DNA of 64,000 bases from the NCBI GenBank assembly GCA_043797975.1, contig JAZDPC010000056.1, positions 124,491-188,490 on the forward strand, written 5' to 3'. A model generated the notes under the pieces. It saw nothing but the letters and a program-made list of their open reading frames with translations, did no database searches and had not been told where the DNA came from. How positions within the stretch are numbered: the first letter of the stretch is position 1; each line of letters opens with the position of its first letter. This DNA is from Bacteroidota bacterium. Its GTDB lineage: Bacteria > Bacteroidota > Bacteroidia > Bacteroidales > UBA12481. This document shows, piece by piece, positions 31,796 to 40,693 of the stretch. Position numbers and translations under genes: made by a program.

Positions 31796-32038
31796 GTGTA
31801 CCTCGAAATACTCACACCGGAATCACGCCTTTATTCAGGTGACGTCAAGCTGGTCAGCGTACCCGGATCAAAGGGTTCCTTTGAGATCCTGAACAACCAT
31901 GCTCCCCTGATCTCGACGCTGGAAACCGGAAAGATCAAGGTGATCGAAACCAATGGACAGATCCTCTTTTTCCAGATCAAACAGGGAGTGGTTGAATGCC
32001 TTGAGAACAGGATTCATGCGCTGGTAACAACTGAATAA
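31796..32038 (+). CDS. atpC: F0F1 ATP synthase subunit epsilon, short form (beta-sandwich only)
   Basis: 80 aa: LEILTPESRLYSGDVKLVSVPGSKGSFEILNNHAPLISTL... It lies directly after atpD and has no C-terminal helical hairpin. Confidence 0.8.
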   Translation: MYLEILTPESRLYSGDVKLVSVPGSKGSFEILNNHAPLISTLETGKIKVIETNGQILFFQIKQGVVECLENRIHALVTTE

Positions 32039-32047
32039 ACAGAAACG

Positions 32048-32854
32048 TTGGAAGCCCGGTTCATTGTGCTATTGCCGGATAATCCCGGGAAGATCCTATC
32101 GGCCACTCCGCTTATCCGCGGTCTGAAAAAACAGGTTGAGGAATCCTATATCTATGTTATGGTACGATCTTCCTTTGCCTGGTTGATCCGGGGGAATCCC
32201 TATGTTGATGAGATCCTTACCTGGCAGGGAAAGCCGGATGAACAAATTGCCAATGTGCGGGACCTGTTGCCGGATTATTTCCTCAACCTGGATGAACTGA
32301 AAACATACCGCCGGTTGCAGCAGAAAACCCGGGTCCTGGAATTCAAAGTCCCCAAAGCCCGGAAAACCGAAACCGCCATCTACGCCGACAGGATCTTTAA
32401 AACTGTTTATCTGTTTGATGTTGAGGATGATAAGCAGGGAGTCGATTTTATCTATCCTCCCTTTAATCCGGACTGGCTTCCTGAAAAATTCCTGGGCGGA
32501 TACGTTGTCCTCTCTCTTGAAGCTCCGTTTTCGGGGCAAAGGCTGACAGATGACCGTTTGGTCGAACTGGTATCATTGATTGAAAAGCCCCTGGTGGTAA
32601 CAGGTCCTGCAGGAGAGCGTGAGCTTGCAGAGCGGATCGGCCAGCGTACCGGTTGTACAGTGTTTCCGGCCTGCGGTGATTTCCCGGATCCGGAAACTGC
32701 TTCATTGATCTCTGCATCAAAAGCAGTAATTGCCTATGATTCACAATGGCCCGGGATAGTGCGTAGCATGGGAAAACCTGTCTTGACGTTGGGGGACCCT
32801 GGCTCAGGTAATCTCGCTGAATCGGCCGTCTGGATCAGAAAATGGTTTGATTAA
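32048..32854 (+). CDS. Glycosyltransferase family 9-like protein (tentative)
   Basis: 268 aa from a TTG start. The N-terminal pattern (FIVLLPDNPGKILSATPLIRGLKK) resembles heptosyltransferase-family N-termini. This is a weak call. Confidence 0.35.
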   Translation: MEARFIVLLPDNPGKILSATPLIRGLKKQVEESYIYVMVRSSFAWLIRGNPYVDEILTWQGKPDEQIANVRDLLPDYFLNLDELKTYRRLQQKTRVLEFKVPKARKTETAIYADRIFKTVYLFDVEDDKQGVDFIYPPFNPDWLPEKFLGGYVVLSLEAPFSGQRLTDDRLVELVSLIEKPLVVTGPAGERELAERIGQRTGCTVFPACGDFPDPETASLISASKAVIAYDSQWPGIVRSMGKPVLTLGDPGSGNLAESAVWIRKWFD

Positions 32855-32859
32855 ACCCG

Positions 32860-34164
32860 ATGATAAAAGCACCCATCAACCGGGAATGTATTGAGATTAT
32901 GGCCCCGGCCGGATCGTTTGAATCCCTGCGGGCTGCTATTGAAGGGGGTGCTGATGCCGTTTATTTCGGAGCGGAACATCTGAATATGCGTTCGGGATCG
33001 GCCCGGAACTTCGTAATATCCGACCTTCCGCTGATTGCCCGATACTGCAGGATGAAAGGTGTTAAAACCTACCTGGCGCTCAACACCATCATCTATGACA
33101 ATGAGATAGCTTTTTCGAGGCATCTTATTGATGAGGCCGTCAGGGCTGGAATTTCAGCTGTAATTGTTTCAGACCAATCGGTCATTTCCTATGCCCAGGA
33201 AGCCGGGATACCCATACATCTTTCAACCCAGCTGAACCTATCGAATTTTGAAACGGTGAAGTTCTATGCCCGGTATGCCGATGTGATGGTGCTTGCCAGG
33301 GAACTGAACCTTGAACAGGTGGCTGATATTGCCCGGCAGATCGGGTTGCATCAGCTGAAGGGACCGTCAGGGAACCTGATCCGGCTTGAGATGTTCGTTC
33401 ACGGTGCCCTCTGCATGGCGGTCTCCGGCAAGTGTTATCTCAGCCTGCATCAATACAATACATCGGCAAACCGCGGAAATTGCCTTCAGGCGTGCCGGCG
33501 GGCGTACCGGGTTGAGGATATCGAATCGGGTGATGAACTGGAGATCGACAACCGGTACATCATGTCGCCCAAGGATCTGTCGACCATCCATTTCATCGAC
33601 CGTATTCTTGCTGCCGGGATCACGATTCTGAAAATCGAGGGGAGGGCACGTCCTGCGGAATACGTGAACACCGTTACGGTCTGTTACAGAGAAGCTGTTG
33701 AAAGCCTGGCAGACGGAACATTCGGGCCGGATAAGGTCCGTTTCTGGGAAGAACGTTTGGCAACCGTCTTCAACCGGGGATTCTGGGACGGATACTATCT
33801 GGGACAGCGTTTGGGGGAGTGGAGTTCCGTTTATGGGTCCAGGGCTACCCGCAAAAAAACCTATCTCGGGAAGGGTACGAATTATTATCCAAAAATCGGT
33901 GTGGCAGAGTTCCTGCTTGAGAACGGTGACCTGTCAACAGGTGACGAGGTGCTTATCACCGGTCCGACAACGGGACTTATCAGGCTAAAAATCAGCGAAA
34001 TACATACGGATAATGGCGTTGTCGAAAAAGCCCTGAAAGGTGAGAAGGCAGCGATCAGGACCGGTCGGAAAATCCGGCTTTCCGACAGGCTCTATAAATG
34101 GGAACCGCGGGAACTACCGGCGCCAGGTGAACAGATAGCCGATCCCGAGGATGTGGGCGAATAA
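32860..34164 (+). CDS. Peptidase U32 family protein
   Basis: IEIMAPAGSFESLRAAIEGGADAVYFG start, the conserved E..VHGALC..SG.C.LS motif (MFVHGALCMAVSGKCYLS), and NRGNCLQACRR. Confidence 0.85.
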   Translation: MIKAPINRECIEIMAPAGSFESLRAAIEGGADAVYFGAEHLNMRSGSARNFVISDLPLIARYCRMKGVKTYLALNTIIYDNEIAFSRHLIDEAVRAGISAVIVSDQSVISYAQEAGIPIHLSTQLNLSNFETVKFYARYADVMVLARELNLEQVADIARQIGLHQLKGPSGNLIRLEMFVHGALCMAVSGKCYLSLHQYNTSANRGNCLQACRRAYRVEDIESGDELEIDNRYIMSPKDLSTIHFIDRILAAGITILKIEGRARPAEYVNTVTVCYREAVESLADGTFGPDKVRFWEERLATVFNRGFWDGYYLGQRLGEWSSVYGSRATRKKTYLGKGTNYYPKIGVAEFLLENGDLSTGDEVLITGPTTGLIRLKISEIHTDNGVVEKALKGEKAAIRTGRKIRLSDRLYKWEPRELPAPGEQIADPEDVGE

Positions 34165-34797
34165 AGGATCCTTCACCCGGATCTCCTGCTGGATCCGGTA
34201 GTAAACATTAATCCTGTGATCTTTCGCCAGCTTGTGTTTTACTCCCAGGGTCAGCCGGTACTGGTCAAAAAAAGCCTGCTGTCCCTGCGGCATAAAATAC
34301 CACCACTCCAGCGTTGCATAAGGCTCAGTCCTGTTCCTGTTCAGCAGTCGTGAGATCTCGCCTTCAACGCGGAAATAGTTCTTCGGCAGATACCAATCGT
34401 CGCTGTGGTAAAATTCGTCATACGTCGTCTGGAATTTTACTATAGCTCCCAGCTTCCATGGCCCTTTTAGTTTTTCAGCTCCGAGGGATACGCCAAACCG
34501 CTGTTTCAGCGTATAATCGCCTTCTTTTTCCCGGTTTGTGATCAGCCGGTAAAGCAAACCAATCCTGATCCTGTCGAATATTTCATAGTCAACTGTCAGG
34601 TCGGAGTTAAGCTTATCGAGCAGGCTGATGTTTTCGAAGAAACGGGCTTCTTCTTCAAGACCGACTCTCAGTTTGGGTGTAATATCGGCACGTATCCACA
34701 CACTGCTCCAGAGCTGAAGGTCCTGATACTGGCCCATGACCGGAACGGAGGCGATCATCAGTAAAATAAAAAGATAAAATGCCCTCCGTTGTCTCAT
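34114..34797 (-). CDS. DUF2490-family outer-membrane beta-barrel protein
   Basis: Signal peptide (MRQRRAFYLFILLMIASVPVMGQ), alternating strand pattern and a terminal aromatic (YLFTWRR). It overlaps the upstream gene by 4 nt. Confidence 0.55.
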   Translation of the reverse strand: MRQRRAFYLFILLMIASVPVMGQYQDLQLWSSVWIRADITPKLRVGLEEEARFFENISLLDKLNSDLTVDYEIFDRIRIGLLYRLITNREKEGDYTLKQRFGVSLGAEKLKGPWKLGAIVKFQTTYDEFYHSDDWYLPKNYFRVEGEISRLLNRNRTEPYATLEWWYFMPQGQQAFFDQYRLTLGVKHKLAKDHRINVYYRIQQEIRVKDPLFAHILGIGYLFTWRR

Positions 34798-35534
34798 GAT
34801 TTTGCTGCCGGGGTTGGAGTTTCTTTATCATCTGCCAGTACATCATCCGCGGCTTCATGGCGGTAAAACAGCCGGATACGGGCAGTGTCACGCATGAAGT
34901 TGATCCGGTCGATGCTGATCCGGTAAACATTCAATCCTGTACGTGCCCGGAGGTCATCCATAAGCTCTTTCCTTTTTGAAGGATGTATCAATTCGATCTT
35001 ATCATACCGGATATCCATGAAGTCCTCTTTCTTCTGCATCCAGATCCTTTCCAGGTACCAGGTCACAAGGACGATTATCAGGTTGGTGAACAGGAGCTCG
35101 GCATAGCTGACTGATTTATCTGACAGAGCATTAATTACCGATATCCCGACCATCAGGAAGAGATAGGTCATTTCTTTGATGGGAATAGTGTCGGTACGAT
35201 ATCTTAAGATTCCGAAAATGGCAAAAAGGCCTAATGCAAATCCGAGTTGAAGGGAAACATTCGCCAATGCATAACATACGAGAAACACTACCGCACTGAA
35301 AATCATGTAAATAAAAAAGTAGTCTTTCCTTTTAGAGTGGGGATAATATAAAAAGCGAATCAGGATAATGGTTATGGTAAAGTTGAAGAAAAATCGCAAA
35401 ACGAGTTCCCAAAAGTCACCCGGATTGATGAGTTTGATCCCCAGAAACCGGATGGCTTCTACTCCCTGATCAGCTGCCTGGATCCATTCTAATGAGAAAT
35501 CCGGGTTGGCGAATGGCATGAAATTGCTAAGCAT
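34794..35534 (-). CDS. DUF4956-family integral membrane protein
   Basis: About five TM helices, with the family-typical LGLFAIFGILRYRTDTIPIKEMTYLF segment and a charged cytoplasmic tail. Confidence 0.6.
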   Translation of the reverse strand: MLSNFMPFANPDFSLEWIQAADQGVEAIRFLGIKLINPGDFWELVLRFFFNFTITIILIRFLYYPHSKRKDYFFIYMIFSAVVFLVCYALANVSLQLGFALGLFAIFGILRYRTDTIPIKEMTYLFLMVGISVINALSDKSVSYAELLFTNLIIVLVTWYLERIWMQKKEDFMDIRYDKIELIHPSKRKELMDDLRARTGLNVYRISIDRINFMRDTARIRLFYRHEAADDVLADDKETPTPAAKS

Positions 35535-36297
35535 ATGCTACTATTTTATCCAGTTTTGCTAAATATAAAATCTTTGCCTTGAATCGATTGTGTTTTATTT
35601 CGGGATACAACAGGTTGGTGCCGGTGCAATACTTGCTGATGCGGCACGGGTGTATCCTGGCTTCCCGCAACAGGTATCCGAAGCCCCGGGTGGATGAATT
35701 CCTGGTCGACTTGACTTCCAGGATAACCAACCCGGGAAGAGTGATTTTTTTAGAGTCCATGAACCAGGCTGGATTCAGGTCGATGGTAATTCTCTCCTGT
35801 AACACGTTGCTAACCAAAGTTATCCTTTTAAAGGAGGAGGACAGGATTGGCTGAAGGGTTTCCGGGGTGTAAATGGAATGGGCTTCAATGAAACCAGTGA
35901 TGTCCGGGGAAAGATAGTTCCGGTCGGGACCGATGGAGATCCTTTTCTTGGTTGTTTTCCCGTGGTTGTCTTTGAATTTTATTTCGAGAAAGAATTTGTG
36001 CGACTCCTGGTATTCGCGAATCCTGATCTTGTACCGGTTGAGATGGCCATTATGATGCATGATATACATCTCGTGATCGGGAGTATCGAGGTAGAGAGAT
36101 TCATAACCCTGCAGGCGTACCTTATTGATATCGAGTACGCGGAAATGTGGCCGTGCAGCTTCCAGGACCGCAGGCAACTGATCGGTCCGGCACACATATT
36201 TCTGGTCTGTCCGGGTCATTAATTTAACCGCATCGATCCCGGCAAGGGAGATCGGTTCAAAAGTGTCAATCAGTTGGCGGATCTTGTCAACCATCAC
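35527..36297 (-). CDS. VTC-domain (polyphosphate polymerase / triphosphate-tunnel metalloenzyme-like) protein
   Basis: The strings RTDQKYVC, SLYLDTPDHEMY, NRYKIRIREY, FFLEIKFKDNHGKTTKKRISI and VILEVKS recur with the spacing expected for the beta-strands of a CYTH/VTC tunnel. Confidence 0.65.
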   Translation of the reverse strand: MMVDKIRQLIDTFEPISLAGIDAVKLMTRTDQKYVCRTDQLPAVLEAARPHFRVLDINKVRLQGYESLYLDTPDHEMYIMHHNGHLNRYKIRIREYQESHKFFLEIKFKDNHGKTTKKRISIGPDRNYLSPDITGFIEAHSIYTPETLQPILSSSFKRITLVSNVLQERITIDLNPAWFMDSKKITLPGLVILEVKSTRNSSTRGFGYLLREARIHPCRISKYCTGTNLLYPEIKHNRFKAKILYLAKLDKIVAYA

Positions 36298-36713
36298 TTT
36301 CCATGGAATTCGTACTCATATTTTTTCTGACCGATCAAAGTACCTTTTTTGTCATACGTCATACGTTCGGTACGTAGGGCTCCGGTATATTTATAAACAT
36401 GTTTCTTCTTGATCGCGCCATTCGGTTCATACTGAATCTCAACTATTTTCTGGTCATTGGCATTGTATTCATAAGATTCATGCAACACTACAAAGCCTGA
36501 ATTATCGTATTCGGTAATTTCCAGGAGGTTGCCATTCTTATCATACGAACACTTGCTCTCAAGCATTGGTTTGGCCTTCTTGTCAACGCTTGTTTCCCAT
36601 TCGGAAACAGTCCTGATCCCATCCTTCACGGCCTCTTTTTTAGTGAGGGTTTGAGCGCTGAGTCCGAAGGGCAGCAGGCAGAAGGCCAGCGACATCAGCC
36701 ATAGATTTCTCAT
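36294..36713 (-). CDS. Small secreted YD-repeat-like protein
   Basis: Signal peptide MRNLWLMSLAFCLLPFGLSAQ. Repeated Y-D/E-x-x-G motifs (SYDKNGNLLEITEYDNSG, YEPNGAIKK, YDKKGTLIGQKKYEYEF). Confidence 0.4.
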   Translation of the reverse strand: MRNLWLMSLAFCLLPFGLSAQTLTKKEAVKDGIRTVSEWETSVDKKAKPMLESKCSYDKNGNLLEITEYDNSGFVVLHESYEYNANDQKIVEIQYEPNGAIKKKHVYKYTGALRTERMTYDKKGTLIGQKKYEYEFHGK

Positions 36714-36719
36714 AACAGC

Positions 36720-37115
36720 CTATTTATTGATTGTGATATCTTCCACGATTACCGACTGTCCGTCACTCAGGATCTGGACCGTCTTTTTAACCGCTAAATC
36801 CGGTGGCAAACCGGTTACAATGTTCTTGCTGTATGCAAAGACAGTATATGTACCGGGGCGCAGGTACTCAAACCGGTATGAGCCTTCATAACTGGTTCTT
36901 GTCCTGTCTGAAAAAACGCTGTCGGTACCATAGATGATGTAGACATCCTCATCCGGAGCATAATACTGTGCCCGAAGATTGGTCATTTCGGCATTGTAAT
37001 CGTATGCATACACTTTTCCGGTGATGGTACAGGTTCCCCCGACACCTTCTTCTTTAACGCATCCGGCTAATAAGGTTATATAAACCAGCAGGATACCGAT
37101 CCCGATTTTTTTCAT
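36720..37115 (-). CDS. Small lipoprotein with a CarboxypepD_reg-like beta-sandwich
   Basis: Lipobox LLAGC, then GKVYAYDY...GSYRFEYLRPGTYTVFAY. Confidence 0.45.
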   Translation of the reverse strand: MKKIGIGILLVYITLLAGCVKEEGVGGTCTITGKVYAYDYNAEMTNLRAQYYAPDEDVYIIYGTDSVFSDRTRTSYEGSYRFEYLRPGTYTVFAYSKNIVTGLPPDLAVKKTVQILSDGQSVIVEDITINK

Positions 37116-37329
37116 CTGACATCCTTTTTTAGGGCGTAAGTACTAATTCATATTAAAGATACATTATTGGCCTATAATGTTAATAAGAGGGAAAACATTT
37201 CTCATGGCAGATAAAACATAATGTTTATTTTAGATAGCCTTTTGGAGGATTGGTTTGGTGAACCTATGGGATAATATCTGGAAATAAAATAATTATCAAT
37301 CAATTAGTTACAACCTAAACTCTTGTTTT

Positions 37330-40300
37330 ATGAGAAAACTGACCCGATTTTTGATGTTTATGGTCATGGGAATTGCTGTCTCGATTGCTGGCTATTCCCA
37401 GATCACGACCTCCGGAATGAACGGTAAAGTTACCGGTCCGGATGGAGTAACCTTACAGGGGGCAACGGTAGTTGCCACCCATGTACCCTCAGGAACTGTT
37501 TTCGGAGGAATCACCGATGCAAGCGGTTTTTTCCGTCTTCCGAACATGGACGTTGGTGGACCTTACACCGTTAAGGTGACTTATGTTGGCTATGAATCAT
37601 GGACCAAGTCCAACCTGTACCTTACCTTAGGTCAGACCAGCCGGATTGACGCCCAGCTCAAGAATACCGCAGTTACGCTTGGAGAAGTAGCAGTTATTGG
37701 CGTTCGCTCCAAGGAAAACGTCTTCGACGGTAACCGTACTGGTGCGCAGACCGTTATCCCGCTGGAAAAAATTGAAATGATGCCGACCGTAAGCCGGGAT
37801 CTGACTGATTTCACGCGTTTGACCCCCCAGGCTTCGGTTGATGACAACGGGGCTATCAATATCGCAGGAATCAATAACCGTTACAATTCTCTGATGATCG
37901 ACGGCGGTATGCAGAACGATGTGTTCGGGCTGGCCGCTTCAGGAGTCAATGGCGGACAAACGGGGGGAACACCCATTTCGATGGATGCCATCGAGCAATT
38001 CCAGGTCAACCTCGCTCCTTATGATGTCCGGAGTAACGGTTTTGCCGGGGCTTCCATGAATGCCGTTACCCGCCGGGGTACCAACCAATTTACCGGATCG
38101 GTCTATGGTTATTATCGCAACCAGAACCTGTCGGGAAGAAAACCGATGGTGCTTATTGACACGGTAGGAAAGTCGAGAGAACAGATCGATTCACTCCGCA
38201 CCAAGCTGGCCGATTTTACTGCTATTACAAGTGGTTTCAGACTTGGCGGCCCGATCATCAAGAACAAGCTTTTCTTCTTCCTGAACGCCGAAGTGCAGCG
38301 TGACCAGACCCCTCAGCCATTTGAATTCGGTTCTTACAATGGCGATGCTACCCAGGATGACCTGAATGCCCTTTCCACATACCTGCAAGATACTTACGGG
38401 TATGATCCCGGCGGATACATTGACAATACCCGGGAGCTCAAATCCAATAAACTCCTTGCCAGGCTGGACTGGAACATCAACGAGCAGCATAAACTCATGC
38501 TCCGTCATAGCTACACGGCTCACCAATCGCTCGGGCCATCGCGTTCAAGCAGCAGTGCCATCAACTACTATAACAACGGGGTTTATTTCCCGAGTACGAC
38601 CAACTCGACTACCGCCGAATTGAAGTCGAACTTCGAGAACATGTCAAACAGCCTGATGCTGGTTTACACTAATGTTAACGATGACCGCGACCCGATGGGA
38701 GCTGATTTTCCGTTTGTAACCATCCGCGACGGAGCGGGTTCCATCAACCTGGGAACCGAAACCTACTCGGCAGCAAACGGCCTGATCCAGAATTCGGTGG
38801 ACCTTACCGACAACCTGACAATCTACAAAGGGAAACACACCATCACGATCGGGACATCGAATGAATTTGCCCATGTTTACAACCTGTACATCCGTCAGAA
38901 CTTCGGTCAGTATAACTTCAACAGTCTTGCTGATTTCTATAATAACAAGGCATATCAGTATACCCGTTATTATTCATTGGTGGATGACATTGCCGGTGAC
39001 GGTTCCAAAGCCGCAGCCGATTTCAACATCCTCCAGCTTGGAGTTTACGCTCAGGATGAATTCAGGGCAACCGATAACTTCAAGCTGACCTTCGGCGTTC
39101 GTGCCGACATGCCGATCTTCCTGACAGATCAGTATGTAGACACTCTGTTCAATTCAAAAACCATTCCTTTGCTTGAAGCAGCCGGATGGGATCTGATGGG
39201 TGCAAAAGCAGGCGAGATGCCGAAGCCGCAGCTGATGTTCTCACCGCGTATCGGTTTCAACTGGGATCTATCGGGTGATGAAACCGCTCAGCTCCGCGGG
39301 GGTGTCGGCATCTTCACCAGCCGCCTGCCGCTCGTATGGCCGGGTGGTTCCTATACGAACTGCGGGGTCATCGTCGGCGGATTTACTTCAAACAAGGATT
39401 CAATCGGTTTCATTGGCGATGCCCATGCCCAATATACGGCCACTGACCTGGGAGCCACCGTCAAGGTTCCGTCAGGTCAGATGGACCTGTTTACCGAAAA
39501 CTTCAAGTTCCCGCAGGTATTCAGGGCTAACCTCGGCTTCGACAAGAAACTGCCGTGGGGAATCATTGGGACCATTGAGGCCATGTTTACCAAAACCCTC
39601 AACAACGTGGTATATTATAATATGAACTATGCCAAGGATCCGGCTTTCCAGCTGACGGGTTCTGACAACAGGGACTACTATAACACGACAACAAAAATCG
39701 ACAAGACCTATGACCGCATCATAGTCGGGACCAATACCAACAAAGGGTATTCCTACAACTTCACCGTTTCCCTGGAAAAACCCTTTACCAAAGGATTTTC
39801 GGCCAACGTAGCCTATACCTACGGCCACTCCATGGCTCTCAACGATGCCACCTCCTCACAGAACTCTTCACAGTGGAGGTATATGGAACATGTCAACGGC
39901 CTTAACAATCTGGATCTCAGCATATCAGACTTCGACCTCGGACACCGTTTTCTGGCTTATGTGAATTATCAGATCGAATATCTGAACCATGCCGCCACCA
40001 CTTTCAGTATCTTCTACAACGGCCAATCCGGCATGCCTTACTCCTACATTTATGACGACAACAACAGCAAAGTCAACGGCGGCAATGGAGTAACCGGCTG
40101 GACCCGGGAAAACGAAGGTGCCATGATCTATATTCCGCAGGCTAAAGACGAAATCGTGTTTAAAGACCAAGCTACCTCTGATGCACAATGGGAAGCACTG
40201 AACGCTTTCATTGAAAGCGACAAGTATCTGAGCAAGCATCGCGGTGAATATGCTGCCCGTAACGGCGCACGCACCCCGTTTGAAAACATGATCGACCTGA

Positions 40301-40581
40301 AAATTGCCCAGGATTTCTTTGTCAGAGCCGGTGCCACCAAGCACAAGCTACAACTAACCCTGGATATTTTCAACCTGGCCAACATGCTGAATCCCAACTG
40401 GGGTCCGAAATACTATGCCTATGTCAATACGATGCAGCTGATTACCTTTGAAGGTTTTGCTGCTGACGGCACTACTCCGACTTTCTCATTTAAAACTCCA
40501 AAATCCGTTTACAGTGTCGATGACAGCGGTATCCGCGCATCCCGCTGGATGGCACAGGTCGGCGTACGTTATTCGTTTTAA
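37330..40581 (+). CDS. TonB-dependent receptor with an N-terminal CarboxypepD_reg domain (no SusD partner)
   Basis: 1083 aa. It has a signal peptide, GKVTGPDGVTLQGATVVATHVPSGTVFGGITDASGFFRLPNMDVGGPYTVKVTYVGY, a plug domain, and a terminal ...VGVRYSF. Confidence 0.9.
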   Translation: MRKLTRFLMFMVMGIAVSIAGYSQITTSGMNGKVTGPDGVTLQGATVVATHVPSGTVFGGITDASGFFRLPNMDVGGPYTVKVTYVGYESWTKSNLYLTLGQTSRIDAQLKNTAVTLGEVAVIGVRSKENVFDGNRTGAQTVIPLEKIEMMPTVSRDLTDFTRLTPQASVDDNGAINIAGINNRYNSLMIDGGMQNDVFGLAASGVNGGQTGGTPISMDAIEQFQVNLAPYDVRSNGFAGASMNAVTRRGTNQFTGSVYGYYRNQNLSGRKPMVLIDTVGKSREQIDSLRTKLADFTAITSGFRLGGPIIKNKLFFFLNAEVQRDQTPQPFEFGSYNGDATQDDLNALSTYLQDTYGYDPGGYIDNTRELKSNKLLARLDWNINEQHKLMLRHSYTAHQSLGPSRSSSSAINYYNNGVYFPSTTNSTTAELKSNFENMSNSLMLVYTNVNDDRDPMGADFPFVTIRDGAGSINLGTETYSAANGLIQNSVDLTDNLTIYKGKHTITIGTSNEFAHVYNLYIRQNFGQYNFNSLADFYNNKAYQYTRYYSLVDDIAGDGSKAAADFNILQLGVYAQDEFRATDNFKLTFGVRADMPIFLTDQYVDTLFNSKTIPLLEAAGWDLMGAKAGEMPKPQLMFSPRIGFNWDLSGDETAQLRGGVGIFTSRLPLVWPGGSYTNCGVIVGGFTSNKDSIGFIGDAHAQYTATDLGATVKVPSGQMDLFTENFKFPQVFRANLGFDKKLPWGIIGTIEAMFTKTLNNVVYYNMNYAKDPAFQLTGSDNRDYYNTTTKIDKTYDRIIVGTNTNKGYSYNFTVSLEKPFTKGFSANVAYTYGHSMALNDATSSQNSSQWRYMEHVNGLNNLDLSISDFDLGHRFLAYVNYQIEYLNHAATTFSIFYNGQSGMPYSYIYDDNNSKVNGGNGVTGWTRENEGAMIYIPQAKDEIVFKDQATSDAQWEALNAFIESDKYLSKHRGEYAARNGARTPFENMIDLKIAQDFFVRAGATKHKLQLTLDIFNLANMLNPNWGPKYYAYVNTMQLITFEGFAADGTTPTFSFKTPKSVYSVDDSGIRASRWMAQVGVRYSF

Positions 40582-40597
40582 CTGATTGATTGTCAAG

Positions 40598-40631
40598 AAA
40601 AGCCCTGCCCACAAAGCGGGGCTTTTCTTTT
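40598..40631 (+). terminator. Rho-independent terminator after the TonB receptor
   Basis: aaagccctgc-ccacaaa-gcggggcttt followed by tcttttag. Confidence 0.6.
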
Positions 40632-40684
40632 AGTGACGAGTGATGAGTGATGAGTGACTTTTTGATTACTTTTCACTCCTCACT
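40632..40684. repeat. Heptamer-array hairpin (4 x AGTGAYG, loop, imperfect complementary arm acttttcactcctcact)
   Basis: agtgacgagtgatgagtgatgagtgac / tttttgatt / acttttcactcctcact, followed by a T-run. Confidence 0.5.
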
Positions 40685-40693
40685 TTTTTAACA

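Noticed and set aside
34114-34164. The 51-bp convergent overlap between the U32 peptidase 3' end and the DUF2490 3' end as a regulatory feature.
   Set aside because: It is most likely a consequence of non-conserved C-terminal tails running to the first available stop codon. No structure or motif is visible.
37116-37329. A riboswitch (for example cobalamin) in the 214-nt leader of the TonB-dependent receptor.
   Set aside because: The region is AT-rich with no B12-box-like GCCACTG core and no other conserved riboswitch core that I can recognise. It more likely holds divergent promoters.
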